Source: Opitutales bacterium | GTDB taxonomy: Bacteria; Verrucomicrobiota; Verrucomicrobiia; Opitutales; T3Sed10-336 | Assembly (NCBI GenBank): GCA_007130045.1 | Contig: SLTG01000053.1 | Span: forward strand, 35,922 to 99,921 | Reading direction: 5' to 3' | DNA length: 64,000 nt | Shown: positions 9,152 through 18,879 of the stretch, piece by piece | Position numbering within the stretch: position 1 is the first letter of the stretch | Layout of the letters: each line of letters starts with the position of its first letter | Notes under the pieces: model-generated | The model's input: the letters and a program-made list of their open reading frames with translations, nothing else | Databases searched by the model: none | Told to the model about the DNA's origin: nothing | Position numbers and translations under genes: made by a program

Positions 9152-10561
9152 TTGAACCGTTGCGCGCTTTGCTTCAGAACCTTTTGGGTGATTCGTTTTC
9201 TTTTCGGGGTGCTCATTGTTTTTGCCGTGCTCGGGCGCGCGGACGGATTTGGCGAACGGGACCGTCCGATGATCGATTTGCTTCCAGAGGCGGTGTTTCC
9301 CGAGCTGAAGGACCTGTTGGGCCGGTCCGCGGAGGCTTCGCCCCGCATGATCGAAGAGGCATTACGGGAAATGGAGGTTCGGGGTGAAGCGGAGGCTGCA
9401 GGTTCGCGAATTTACCCGTCGATCACCGGAAATCTCCGCTACGTCGGACGGGTTGAGGAACGAAGCGACCTCAACGGACATCGCACCAGCGGTCAGCCAC
9501 AGGCGGGGCTGCTCCTTCGCCAACCTCTATACCATTGGGGAGCGCTCCGGGCGGAAAGCCGGGCCGGTCGGATCCGGGAGGAAATCGCCACGCACAATCG
9601 CGCGGAGGCTTATCGTCTGCTCGCGCTCGAAATTCGGTCCCGCTACCTAGACCTGGTTCTGCAGAGTCGCGGGATCGAGGTTGCGACTGCGGAGCGCGAC
9701 TTGTTGCAGGAGGAACTCCGGGTGTCGGAGTCGCTGTTGGAACGGGACGAGATCGCGCTCGACGCGGTGAGGGAAACGCGTCTTGCGGCGGAGGAAGCAT
9801 CCCTGCGGCTGGATCGGCTGCGCCGCGAATCCGAATTCTCGCATGCTGCGTTTGCACGTCTCGTCGGCGATGAAACCGGTTTTCCCGAAAGCTTTCCCGA
9901 CGTCGTTCCTCCCCTTGATACCGGGTACTCCGGAAGTGAGTATCGGTTCGGCGTTCTCGCGCGGCGGGAGGACGGATACCGTCCCGGATTGGAGACCGCC
10001 CGCCAGCGGGCCCTTGAAGCGGAGAACCGCCGCGATGCCGAACGTTCGCGAGTCAGGCCGAATCTGAATCTCGTTGCAGGGGTCACCCAGGACCAGGTTG
10101 CGGTCTTCGATCGAAGCGATATCGATCGGACTGTCCTGTTCGCCGGCGTGGAGGTCAGGTGGAACATATTTGACGGCTTCGAAGCGAGGGGGCGGCGCGC
10201 GGCCGCCACGGCCCGGCAACGCTTGGAGGAACGACGTCTGGATCGGGAAGAACGCGAACGGGCTGCCGGAATCGAGCGGATCGAGAGTTCGTTGCTCTTT
10301 GCGGAAAGGGAATTGAAACTGGCGGAAAGTCGATTGGAACTCGCAGGAGAAAGCCTGGAGCGGAAATCGGGAGAATTTGACGAGGGTCGTCTGTCGGAGA
10401 AGGATCTGGCGCGCGCGCGGATCGAATACATGAGAACGGAGCTTGCCGTCATTGAACGGCGCGCCGAATATCTGATGATGTTTGCGGAATACCTTTCCGA
10501 AGCGGGTTTTGATCCGATCATGGACTCTTTTGCGGCGCGGACACCGAACATTGAGTATTGA
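9152..10561 (+). CDS. TolC-like outer membrane efflux protein
   Basis: N-terminal signal-like hydrophobic segment and a long coiled-coil-rich sequence typical of the OEP family. First gene of a 4-gene efflux cluster. The start is either TTG 9152 or GTG 9188. Confidence 0.8.
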   Translation: MNRCALCFRTFWVIRFLFGVLIVFAVLGRADGFGERDRPMIDLLPEAVFPELKDLLGRSAEASPRMIEEALREMEVRGEAEAAGSRIYPSITGNLRYVGRVEERSDLNGHRTSGQPQAGLLLRQPLYHWGALRAESRAGRIREEIATHNRAEAYRLLALEIRSRYLDLVLQSRGIEVATAERDLLQEELRVSESLLERDEIALDAVRETRLAAEEASLRLDRLRRESEFSHAAFARLVGDETGFPESFPDVVPPLDTGYSGSEYRFGVLARREDGYRPGLETARQRALEAENRRDAERSRVRPNLNLVAGVTQDQVAVFDRSDIDRTVLFAGVEVRWNIFDGFEARGRRAAATARQRLEERRLDREERERAAGIERIESSLLFAERELKLAESRLELAGESLERKSGEFDEGRLSEKDLARARIEYMRTELAVIERRAEYLMMFAEYLSEAGFDPIMDSFAARTPNIEY

Positions 10562-10571
10562 AAACAACCGG

Positions 10572-11711
10572 ATGAAAGAACGATTCCGATGGGGGTTATG
10601 GGTGGTCTTGTTCGCGGTCGTCGCGGTCCTGGGGGCCGGGATTTTCGCGGGCGGCCAGTTGTTGCGCGAGCCGGTTATGCTGGCGCCTGTGGAGCGGGGG
10701 ACTGCCGTTGACGCGGTTCCCGGTGTGGTTTCGGTCAAAGCCCGGCACGCAATGGACGTGCGTTCGGAATTTGAAGGGCGGATCGTGGAGAGCCGGATTG
10801 AACGTGGCGCCAGAGTGGAAGCCGGTGACGTGCTGATGCGTCTGGATACGACCGAGATCGAGGCGGAACTCGATCGGGTCCGCGTCGAACTCGAAACCGA
10901 AGAGAGGTTGGGCGAGATCGGATCCCCGCTTCGCTACGATCTGATGGAAGCGGAAGAGGAATTGGCGCATCAACGCGAGTTGTTCGAGCAGGGACAGTCC
11001 TCCCGTCGTTCGCTTGCCGCTCTCGAACGTCGCGTCGCCCGCCTCTCCGACGAGTTGGAAATTGAACGAGTACAGGAGCGGCGCCGTTTGACCGTCCTGC
11101 GGGGCGACCGCGCAAGGCTCGAACGCGAATTGGAAAAGATGAGTGTCCTTGCCCCGATGAACGGGGACGTCGTCGAAGTCTTTGCGAGTCGCGGAGACCT
11201 CGTGGGCGCCCGCGCGCCCTTGCTGCGACTCCTGTCGGCGGAAAGGGAGATCGAGGCGACGGTCAGCGAAGAGAATTTCGCAGGTGTAAACGTCGGGCAT
11301 TCGGCCACGGTGCGGTTCCTGGGCTATGGAGCGAGGACATTCGATGCCTCGGTTTCCAGGATCATACCCGCCGCCGATCCTGAGACACAGCGCTACACGG
11401 TGCATCTCGATGTTGAGATGCCGGCGGAGATGATGGTGCCCGGAATCACCGGAGAGGTCAGCATTATCCTGGACGAGCGGCCCGACACCCTGGTCATCCC
11501 GCGACGGGCGCTTTTGGGTAGGCAGGTTTTTGTAGTCCGCGACGGATACGCGGAACTTCGGGACGTCGAGCCCGGGTTCGTAAGTCTGAACCGTGTCGAA
11601 ATTCTCTCCGGAGTGGAGAAAGGCGAAGAGGTCGCTGTCGAGAACCTGGACCGGTTGCGCGACGGCGATCGCGTCCGGGTTTTAAATCCAAATTCGTTTG
11701 ATGGCCCTTGA
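10572..11711 (+). CDS. HlyD-family periplasmic adaptor (membrane fusion protein)
   Basis: N-terminal TM anchor, coiled-coil hairpin region and C-terminal beta-barrel motifs. It starts 10 nt after the TolC-like gene and overlaps the permease gene by 11 nt. Confidence 0.85.
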   Translation: MKERFRWGLWVVLFAVVAVLGAGIFAGGQLLREPVMLAPVERGTAVDAVPGVVSVKARHAMDVRSEFEGRIVESRIERGARVEAGDVLMRLDTTEIEAELDRVRVELETEERLGEIGSPLRYDLMEAEEELAHQRELFEQGQSSRRSLAALERRVARLSDELEIERVQERRRLTVLRGDRARLERELEKMSVLAPMNGDVVEVFASRGDLVGARAPLLRLLSAEREIEATVSEENFAGVNVGHSATVRFLGYGARTFDASVSRIIPAADPETQRYTVHLDVEMPAEMMVPGITGEVSIILDERPDTLVIPRRALLGRQVFVVRDGYAELRDVEPGFVSLNRVEILSGVEKGEEVAVENLDRLRDGDRVRVLNPNSFDGP

Positions 11712-12951
11712 GCTAAAAATTGCGCTTCGTTTTCTGTTTGCGAAAAAGCGGGCGATGCTGATGAGCCTGGCGGGTATTGCGTGCGGGGTCGGATTCTTTA
11801 TTTTGACCCAGGCGCAGACAAGCGGGTTTGAGAGGTTTTACATTCGCACGATTCTCGGGACGACCGGTGCGATCCAGGTGCACGACCGGTTTCAGGACAC
11901 GCTGCGAACGATGGCCGTCGAAGGTGAAGAAACGCCGTCGGGATTTCTCATCGCGCACCGGGATGCCCGTCACTACGTCGAGGGCGTGGCCGAACCGGGA
12001 ACGGTCGGCAATGCGATCCGTGAGTTTGCGAACGTGACCGGGGTTTCCGAAGTGGTCTCCGGGTCTGCGGCGCTGAGAACTCCCGTTCGCCGGGAATCGG
12101 TGTACGTTTACGGGATCCGGATCGAGGATCACCTCGCGGTGAGCGATCTGGACAGGCAGATTATCCGGGGCGATTTGCAGCAGATGCGCCAGAGTTCGCA
12201 GGGTGTTTTGATCGGATCGGCTCTCGCGCGCCGGATGCAGCTTCAGACAGGCGATCCCTTCGAGCTGGAAACGCCAGACCAACGCCGCCGCTACCGCGTT
12301 GCCGCCATTTACGAAACGGGGGTTCGCGATATCGACTCGATGCGGATTTATCTCCAACTCGGCGAAGCCCGGTCCCTTCTCAAACGCCCGCATGGCGCGT
12401 CGTTTCTGCAGGTTGACCTGCGCGACCCCGGACGTGCGGACCGCGATGCCGAACGCATGGAGGCGATCATTGGACACTTCGCCTACAGTTGGCAGGAACG
12501 GGAACGGGCCTGGCTTGAAGTGTTTCGCGCCCTGCGCGTTTCCTCGGGCCTGACGGTTTCGGCGATCATATTCATTTCCGGATTGGGGATGTTCAATACA
12601 CTGGCGATGATAGTGATGGAGAGAACCCGGGAAATCGCGATCCTGCGGTCAATGGGTTATACGCGGCACAATGTGCTCCGCATTTTTCTCTGGCAGGGAA
12701 GCGTGGTCCTGGCCGGCGGCGTGTTGCTGGGTTGGGGAATGGGAGCGTTGGCAACCTACGGTGTGTCGCGGATACCGATTCGAATACGGGGAATATTCGC
12801 CACCGACTATTTCGTCGTCAACTGGTCGTTGAGCCATTACGTTCTGGCCGCGCTGATCGCCGCGCTCGTGGTCACGGCGGCCACGCTCTTGCCCGCCCTC
12901 CGCGCCGCGCGTCTTGAGCCCGGCGATGTCATCCGCAACTCCGCAGCCTGA
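11701..12951 (+). CDS. FtsX-like ABC transporter permease (LolC/E-MacB type)
   Basis: N-terminus ALELKIALRFLFAKKRAMLMSLAGIA, a large periplasmic loop, and a C-terminal FtsX 3-TM bundle with REIAILRSMGY. Confidence 0.9.
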   Translation: MALELKIALRFLFAKKRAMLMSLAGIACGVGFFILTQAQTSGFERFYIRTILGTTGAIQVHDRFQDTLRTMAVEGEETPSGFLIAHRDARHYVEGVAEPGTVGNAIREFANVTGVSEVVSGSAALRTPVRRESVYVYGIRIEDHLAVSDLDRQIIRGDLQQMRQSSQGVLIGSALARRMQLQTGDPFELETPDQRRRYRVAAIYETGVRDIDSMRIYLQLGEARSLLKRPHGASFLQVDLRDPGRADRDAERMEAIIGHFAYSWQERERAWLEVFRALRVSSGLTVSAIIFISGLGMFNTLAMIVMERTREIAILRSMGYTRHNVLRIFLWQGSVVLAGGVLLGWGMGALATYGVSRIPIRIRGIFATDYFVVNWSLSHYVLAALIAALVVTAATLLPALRAARLEPGDVIRNSAA

Positions 12952-12963
12952 AACCCGAGCGCC

Positions 12964-13695
12964 GTGAACGATCGAATCCATCAGGAAAAGACAAACGAAA
13001 CTTCCGCGGTCAAGACGGACCCTGTGCTTTCGTGCCGGAACCTGAACCGCTACCTGGGGAAGGGGGAGAACCGGGTACACGTGCTTCGCGGGATTTCGAT
13101 GGAGGTCGCGCCGTGTCTGGCGTACGCGGTGGAGGGACCGTCCGGTTGCGGAAAAAGCACGCTGCTCTATTCACTCGGATTGCTGGATCGTCCGGACTCG
13201 GGCGAGATAAGCGTGCGCGGGCGCGAACTCTCCTGCGCGGGAGACGATGTCCGGACGCGCGCCCGCAACGATGAAATCGGGTTTGTCTTCCAGTTTCACT
13301 TTCTCCTTCCCGAATTCACCGCAGCCGAGAACGTGATGCTGCCGATGTACCGCAAGGGAGAGTGGAGCGTGGAGGAAATGAGGGAACGTGCGGCCTCATT
13401 GCTCGGGGATGTGGGATTGGGCGAAAAGGCGAATCGCCTGGCAACGCACCTTTCCGGGGGCGAACAGCAGCGGGTGGCTGTCGCCCGGGCTCTTGCCAAC
13501 GGGCCGTCCGTGATCCTGGCCGACGAGCCCACCGGGAACCTCGACGCAACGAATGCGCGGACGGTGATTGAACTCCTGACGAAGATTGCGAGGGAACGCG
13601 GCCGGGGAATGGTCATCGTCACGCACAACCGGGAGATTGCGGAGCGTTGCGACTTGCGCGTTTCGATGTTGGACGGACGGGTGGCGGACAGTTAG
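12964..13695 (+). CDS. ABC transporter ATP-binding protein (LolD/MacB-type)
   Basis: Walker A GPSGCGKST, signature LSGGEQQRVAVARAL, Walker B VILADEPTGNLD. Confidence 0.93.
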   Translation: MNDRIHQEKTNETSAVKTDPVLSCRNLNRYLGKGENRVHVLRGISMEVAPCLAYAVEGPSGCGKSTLLYSLGLLDRPDSGEISVRGRELSCAGDDVRTRARNDEIGFVFQFHFLLPEFTAAENVMLPMYRKGEWSVEEMRERAASLLGDVGLGEKANRLATHLSGGEQQRVAVARALANGPSVILADEPTGNLDATNARTVIELLTKIARERGRGMVIVTHNREIAERCDLRVSMLDGRVADS

Positions 13696-13723
13696 AAGGA
13701 GGAATGCGGAAGGACGTGACACT

Positions 13724-14221
13724 GTGGGAAATCGATTCCTAGAACTCGTTCGCGAATACCGGCGGCGGCCGGCTTCGAAATCGGACCAGACCGTTTGGGA
13801 GTTCATCGCGGAAAAGGATCCGCACATTTTCTCCCATCATCCTCCCGTTGAGGCTTTTCGCGACCATGTGTGGGAGTTCCGCGGTCTTTACCTTTGCAAG
13901 GGGTGCGTGATGACCTTCGCCGGGATGGCAGCCGGAGCGGTCTTTCAGGTCCTCACCGGGTGGCTGGGGCGGTTCGGGATTACGGAGGCGGCTTTCATTT
14001 TCGTTCTTCTTTTGGCGCCAACCCTCGTCGCGCACGCGTTCAACCTCCCGCGACCAATAAAACACGTTTCACGGTTTCTATTGGGGGTGCTGATTGTTTC
14101 GGCGATCTTCATGCTTTTTATCACCGATTCCTGGGCGGTACGGTTCATTATCGTCTGCACGTATTTTGCGGTGAAGATCCCGATGGAACGGCTGCGGGTG
14201 CGGAGGAATCGGAGCCCGTAG
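13724..14221 (+). CDS. Hypothetical membrane protein (possibly DUF2085-like)
   Basis: Hydrophobic helices follow a LCKGC motif preceded by HH..R, which resembles the DUF2085 pattern. The ORF-track start at 13586 would overlap the ABC ATPase by 110 nt, so I chose the in-frame GTG at 13724. The start is uncertain. Confidence 0.45.
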   Translation: MGNRFLELVREYRRRPASKSDQTVWEFIAEKDPHIFSHHPPVEAFRDHVWEFRGLYLCKGCVMTFAGMAAGAVFQVLTGWLGRFGITEAAFIFVLLLAPTLVAHAFNLPRPIKHVSRFLLGVLIVSAIFMLFITDSWAVRFIIVCTYFAVKIPMERLRVRRNRSP

Positions 14222-14236
14222 GCCGGGGCAAGGGTT

Positions 14237-14956
14237 CTACCGTTCCGGCGTGTAGTTCGGCGGCGGAGTGGGCGGGAGGGGTGGCGGCGAGCCGGGATCG
14301 CCGCTGTCTGAAGGGCCGTTGTCGGAATCGTCGTCACCTTCGGAAATTTCGTCATTGGGAGGTGAATCCGGCGGTGCCGGAGCCGCGCCGCCGCCAATCG
14401 GAATTTCACCACTCGATGAGCCGTTTCCATCGGCGCTTTCGGGAGGCGCCTGTGGTTGGCCGCTCGATGAGTCCCCCCTTGTGCCGCGGGTTGAGGCGGG
14501 ATCCGCGCCGCCCGCACCCGAACCGTCCGCGGTTCGCGTTTCTCCCGGAGGAGGGGGTGACGGCTCGTAATCGGGCCGAGGCGAAATATCAGGTACGTAT
14601 TCGACGATGCGGGATCTTTCGAGAGATATCGTCGCGGTCTGGTTGTTGTAGCGGATCCGAGCGGTGTTCCTTTCCGGGTCGAAGTTTGTGACCTCGTAGC
14701 CTTCGGAGGGTTCGTTAAGCCACAGCCAATGGCCTCGCCCGGTCTCCCTGTTGTAAATGCTGAACGCGTACTCGCCACCGGCCTCGGTGAAGCCGCGCAG
14801 TTCCAAAGTCTCATTCAGCCCGCCCGTGGAGCCCCGTGCCTCCCCGGCGGCCGGAGCCAGTACCATGCCCGCAAGCATCATACAAGCCGAAGTGATGGCG
14901 CATAGAATGTTTCGGAAGCGGTGGGTTGGCGGTTCAATGGAAAAAGCGATCGTCAT
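14237..14956 (-). CDS. Secreted hypothetical protein: small beta-rich domain plus Pro/Gly/Ser/Asp-rich tail
   Basis: Signal peptide ..ILCAITSACMMLAGMVLAPAAGEA after the ATG at 14956. A compact domain (LELRGFTEAGGEYAFSIYN..GYEVTNFDPE..ATISL) is followed by a low-complexity tail ending PPPLPPTPPPNYTPER. Confidence 0.55.
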   Translation of the reverse strand: MTIAFSIEPPTHRFRNILCAITSACMMLAGMVLAPAAGEARGSTGGLNETLELRGFTEAGGEYAFSIYNRETGRGHWLWLNEPSEGYEVTNFDPERNTARIRYNNQTATISLERSRIVEYVPDISPRPDYEPSPPPPGETRTADGSGAGGADPASTRGTRGDSSSGQPQAPPESADGNGSSSGEIPIGGGAAPAPPDSPPNDEISEGDDDSDNGPSDSGDPGSPPPLPPTPPPNYTPER

Positions 14957-15090
14957 AAAAATCCCGGTTGGATCGGAATGCGGCATTCGGTTTATTCGCG
15001 CAGAAGAAAAGGTAAACCGTGTTGCGCCGCAGCTCAAGTCTTAATATGTCGCACACCCCCCGGCTTGACGTTGTCGCGCCGTGACCGACA

Positions 15091-15864
15091 ATGAACCCCT
15101 TAATGTACGAGGTGGAATTATGGCAGTGGGGCGCGATGTTTCTCGGAGCAATGATTATCGGGCTCTCCAAGACGGGGATCGCCGGGGTGGGAATCCTTTT
15201 CGTCGCGCTGTTCGCGGTTGTACTTCCGAGCAAGCAGTCGGTCGGCGTGGTGCTTCCCCTGCTGATCTGCGGCGATATCGTCGCGCTTTTTCTGTACCGC
15301 AAACACGCGCAGTGGATTCACCTTCTTCGACTGTTCCCGTCGGCGGCAATTGGCGTCGTCGCCGGGTATCTTACCATGGACCGGGCGGGAGACGCTACGA
15401 TCGGCCGCATTATCGGACTGATTCTGCTTGGTCTGTGCTGCGCTCAACTCTGGAAGCGGTACCGGGAGGCGCGGGGCAGGGAACTTGTTGATCCCGGCCG
15501 GAGCGAGCGCCTTCCGATCGGGTATCCCGTATTCATGGGAGCGCTGGCGGGCTTTACGACGATGGTCTCCAACGCCGCCGGACCCATCATGATCGTGTAC
15601 CTGTTGTCCATGCGGCTGCCGAAGCACGAATTTCTCGGGACGGGCGCGGTCTTTTTTCTTTTTATTAATCTGTTCAAGGTGCCGTTCGGTGTGGATCTGG
15701 GGATCATCAATGCCGAATCACTCAGCCTGAATCTGCAGTTGATTCCCGGTGTGCTCATCGGCGCCGCCATCGGGCGTATTGTCATCGGACGAATCTCCCA
15801 ACGCGCGTTCGAATCCATCGCCATGTTTTTCACGACCGTGGCTGCGATCAGGCTGCTTTGGTAA
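15091..15864 (+). CDS. TauE/SafE (TSUP, DUF81) family anion exporter
   Basis: Polytopic membrane protein with the typical GAMIIGLSKTGIAGVG and ALAGFTTMVSNAAGP motifs. Confidence 0.85.
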   Translation: MNPLMYEVELWQWGAMFLGAMIIGLSKTGIAGVGILFVALFAVVLPSKQSVGVVLPLLICGDIVALFLYRKHAQWIHLLRLFPSAAIGVVAGYLTMDRAGDATIGRIIGLILLGLCCAQLWKRYREARGRELVDPGRSERLPIGYPVFMGALAGFTTMVSNAAGPIMIVYLLSMRLPKHEFLGTGAVFFLFINLFKVPFGVDLGIINAESLSLNLQLIPGVLIGAAIGRIVIGRISQRAFESIAMFFTTVAAIRLLW

Positions 15865-15868
15865 GAGT

Positions 15869-16681
15869 TTACCGCTCCAGAAGAAACTTCGAAACCTCCC
15901 TCCACCACTCCGCCTCGGGGTGGTAGTTCAGGGAGTTGTGACCGGCATGTTCCTGGATCCACAATTCTTTCGGGCCCGCGTACTCTTCGTACAGTTCGCG
16001 TCCCAGAAGCGTGGGCACGACTTCGTCCCGGCCGGCCAAAAGAAAAGCCGCGCGGCCCTGGTAGCTTTTCAGGGCATGGGTGTTGTCGTAACGGTCGCGC
16101 AGGACCAGGGCGACCGGAAGGCGCCCCACATGGTGCGCGCCGACGTCGGCGAGATTGGTAAACGGCGTGATCAGGAACAGGCCCGCAACGTCGTCGGGGT
16201 AGCGTGCGGCGAGGTGCGTGGCGATTCCCGAGCCGAGCGATTCGCCCGCAAGGAAGATCGGCCGGTCGTCTTCAGTTCGCAACCGGCGGAATGCGGCATC
16301 GGCTGCGCCCTTAAACGACCCCTCCCCGAGCTTCCCGGTCCTGGCCCCGTATCCCGGGTACTCGAAGAGATAAACCTCCCAGATCCGCCCGTCCTGGAGC
16401 GAGGTAAAACCTTCGGCGAAATAAGTTCGGTAAAGAGCATGACCGGCGTTGCCGTGAAACAGCACGATGCGATTCGCGGGCAGGTCCGCCGACGCGGTTT
16501 TCCACCCCTGGTACCGGTTTTCCCCGTCCAGCCAGGGTTGGAGCCCGGCTTCCCGCGCCGCCGCCCGTGCCGCGCGTTCCGAGAGCTTTTCCGGGAAATA
16601 AACAAACCGGTTTTGGCAGGCCGTCAACATGGTGATCCCACCGAGAAGGATGAATGCAATCAATCCGCGTCGCAAGGACAT
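15869..16681 (-). CDS. Alpha/beta hydrolase, probably a lipoprotein
   Basis: Nucleophile elbow GESLGSG, an LFHGNAGH oxyanion-region motif, and N-terminal lipobox MLTAC. Confidence 0.8.
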   Translation of the reverse strand: MSLRRGLIAFILLGGITMLTACQNRFVYFPEKLSERAARAAAREAGLQPWLDGENRYQGWKTASADLPANRIVLFHGNAGHALYRTYFAEGFTSLQDGRIWEVYLFEYPGYGARTGKLGEGSFKGAADAAFRRLRTEDDRPIFLAGESLGSGIATHLAARYPDDVAGLFLITPFTNLADVGAHHVGRLPVALVLRDRYDNTHALKSYQGRAAFLLAGRDEVVPTLLGRELYEEYAGPKELWIQEHAGHNSLNYHPEAEWWREVSKFLLER

Positions 16682-16770
16682 CGGGCTGATTGTACCACAG
16701 GGGTGGAGGGAAGGTCGAAGCCGGATTCATAGCAGGAACCGGATTCCGGGGTACCCGGCGCCGCCGCGAC

Positions 16771-17643
16771 CTATGGACCGCCGAAGAGCTCCGGGGACTG
16801 ATTCCGCAGCACCGGCCGATCGGGGATTGACCGATCTCCGGATCCATCCTCGCCGAGCGCTTTTCCGCAATAGGGGCAGTTCTGCTTCTCTTTGCGTTTA
16901 TTGATCTCCTCGATAAAACCCGAGCCGAGAATCGCGGTCGGAAGGGCGAATAGCCCGATACCGATAACGGCGACCATCGACCCGAAAATCTTGCCGAGCG
17001 CGGTAATCGGATAAATGTCGCCGTAACCGACGGTCGTCAGGGTTGCCACCGCCCACCACATGGTGGCCGGAATGCTGGTGAAAGCTTCCGGCTGGGCGTC
17101 CACTTCCGCGTAGTACATCATCGAAGACGAGACGATCAGGAGCACCATGAGCACGGTGGTCGTCATGATCAGCTCCTCCTTTCTGTTCCGGAGGACATCC
17201 GCAAACAGCATCAGCCCTTCGAGGTAACGGCTGAGCTTGGCGATGCGCAGGATGCGCACGATCCGGAGAATGCGGAGGAAGCGCAGGTCGATCCCGAGGA
17301 ACGCGAGGTAGAAAGGGAGAATCGCCAAAAGGTCGATGACGGCAAGCGGAGTCATCGAAAATCGGATACGCCCCGTTACCGGGTTGCGGAACTTTTCCGT
17401 GGTGACACACGACCACACCCGTCCGAAGTACTCGACCGTGAAAATGACAATGGAGAAGATCTCGAATCCGTGCAGGAAACCGCCGGCCGTTTCATTGACG
17501 GCCGGAACGGTGCCGATGATAAACGCCCCGACGTTCAACAGGATCAGGGTGAAGATAAAGTAATCGAAGAACCGGCTCGCCCGGTCCTTCTCGTTGCCGA
17601 TCTCCAGGAGTTCCCATGTGCGTTGTTTGAAAGGGGGTCTCAT
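16771..17643 (-). CDS. Voltage-gated-type (6TM) potassium channel
   Basis: Selectivity filter TTVGYGD and an S4-like segment LRFLRILRIVRILRIAKLSR with Arg at every third position. C-terminal CPYCGK. Confidence 0.9.
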   Translation of the reverse strand: MRPPFKQRTWELLEIGNEKDRASRFFDYFIFTLILLNVGAFIIGTVPAVNETAGGFLHGFEIFSIVIFTVEYFGRVWSCVTTEKFRNPVTGRIRFSMTPLAVIDLLAILPFYLAFLGIDLRFLRILRIVRILRIAKLSRYLEGLMLFADVLRNRKEELIMTTTVLMVLLIVSSSMMYYAEVDAQPEAFTSIPATMWWAVATLTTVGYGDIYPITALGKIFGSMVAVIGIGLFALPTAILGSGFIEEINKRKEKQNCPYCGKALGEDGSGDRSIPDRPVLRNQSPELFGGP

Positions 17644-18752
17644 CCCAACAGGACCAGGGCGTTGCGATGAATGACTTCAAGGCGCGTCCTTTTCGGGTAC
17701 AGCTCGCGGATTCCATTGGCGTCTTTGCCCAGAATCCCGCGGATTTCGGTGCTGGGATAGCGGCTGACTCCGCGGGCGAAGATTTCACGGTCGGAGGAAG
17801 CGATATTGACGATGTCGCCCGCATCAAACGATCCGTCCACGCCGCGCACACCGATCGCCAAAAGGCTGCTTCCTTGCTCGCGCAGCGCTTTCCCCGCGCC
17901 ATTATCCACAATCACTGTGCCGCACGGCCTTTCGAAGAAGGCGAGCCAGCGTTTCTTGGCTTCCATGGGCAGACCGCTGGGCACGAAGAATGTGCCGGTA
18001 CTTTCTCCGCGCATCAGGCGCAACAGGATGTCGGGTTCGGCTCCGGATCCGATGAATACTCCGCATCCCGAGCGGTTGGCTATTCGGGCCGCCTCGATCT
18101 TTGTGATCATTCCGCCCACCGCCGTCGCGCTGGTCGTTCCTCCGGCCATGCGTTCGATTTCCGGGGTGATTTTCTCGACGACGGGCACCACCGTTTTCTC
18201 GCCGTCCCGATCGATCAATCCCGGCGCGGTGGAGAGAATAAAAAGAAACCCGGCGCCGGTGAGGCTGGCGACCATGGCTGACAGGACGTCGTTGTCGCCG
18301 AACTTGATCTCTTCGGCGCTGACCGAGTCGTTCTCATTAACGATGGGTACCACGCCTTCGCTGAGGATATGGTTGAAGGTGTTCATCGCCGCTATGTGCC
18401 GGGAACGGGATCGCAGGTCGTCACGGGTGACCAGCAGTTGAGCGACATTGGTGCCGAACGGCTCGAAACCGGATTGCCAGAGCTGGATGAGAATGGTCTG
18501 ACCGATGGCCGCGCAGGCCTGGAGGCGCTCCAGCTTGCGCGGGCGGCGTTTGAGCCCGAGGCGCGCCATGCCGAGACCGATCGCGGCCGAGCTAACGATG
18601 ATCACCTGGATTCCCGAATTCCGGATCTCGTTCACCTGCCGGCAGATGTCGGCGATGCGAGCGGTATCGATCTTTCCGGATTCCGAGGTGAGAATCCCCG
18701 TGCCGAGTTTGACTACGATGCGTCTGGGAGTTAGCGGGAACTTATTTTGCAT
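17640..18752 (-). CDS. proB: Glutamate 5-kinase with PUA domain
   Basis: RIVVKLGTGILTS N-terminus, amino-acid kinase fold motifs and a C-terminal PUA-like region. Confidence 0.93.
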   Translation of the reverse strand: MQNKFPLTPRRIVVKLGTGILTSESGKIDTARIADICRQVNEIRNSGIQVIIVSSAAIGLGMARLGLKRRPRKLERLQACAAIGQTILIQLWQSGFEPFGTNVAQLLVTRDDLRSRSRHIAAMNTFNHILSEGVVPIVNENDSVSAEEIKFGDNDVLSAMVASLTGAGFLFILSTAPGLIDRDGEKTVVPVVEKITPEIERMAGGTTSATAVGGMITKIEAARIANRSGCGVFIGSGAEPDILLRLMRGESTGTFFVPSGLPMEAKKRWLAFFERPCGTVIVDNGAGKALREQGSSLLAIGVRGVDGSFDAGDIVNIASSDREIFARGVSRYPSTEIRGILGKDANGIRELYPKRTRLEVIHRNALVLLG

Positions 18753-18879
18753 CCGGAATGTCCGTCGTCTTTCGGCCGGGCATCCAAGGGATCCCCGCCC
18801 GGGTTCTTTGCGGCGCCGCAGCTATTCGTCCGGCCCGCCCAAGCAAGACGGAATCCTGAAGCGGAAACGCGAGCGGCGG

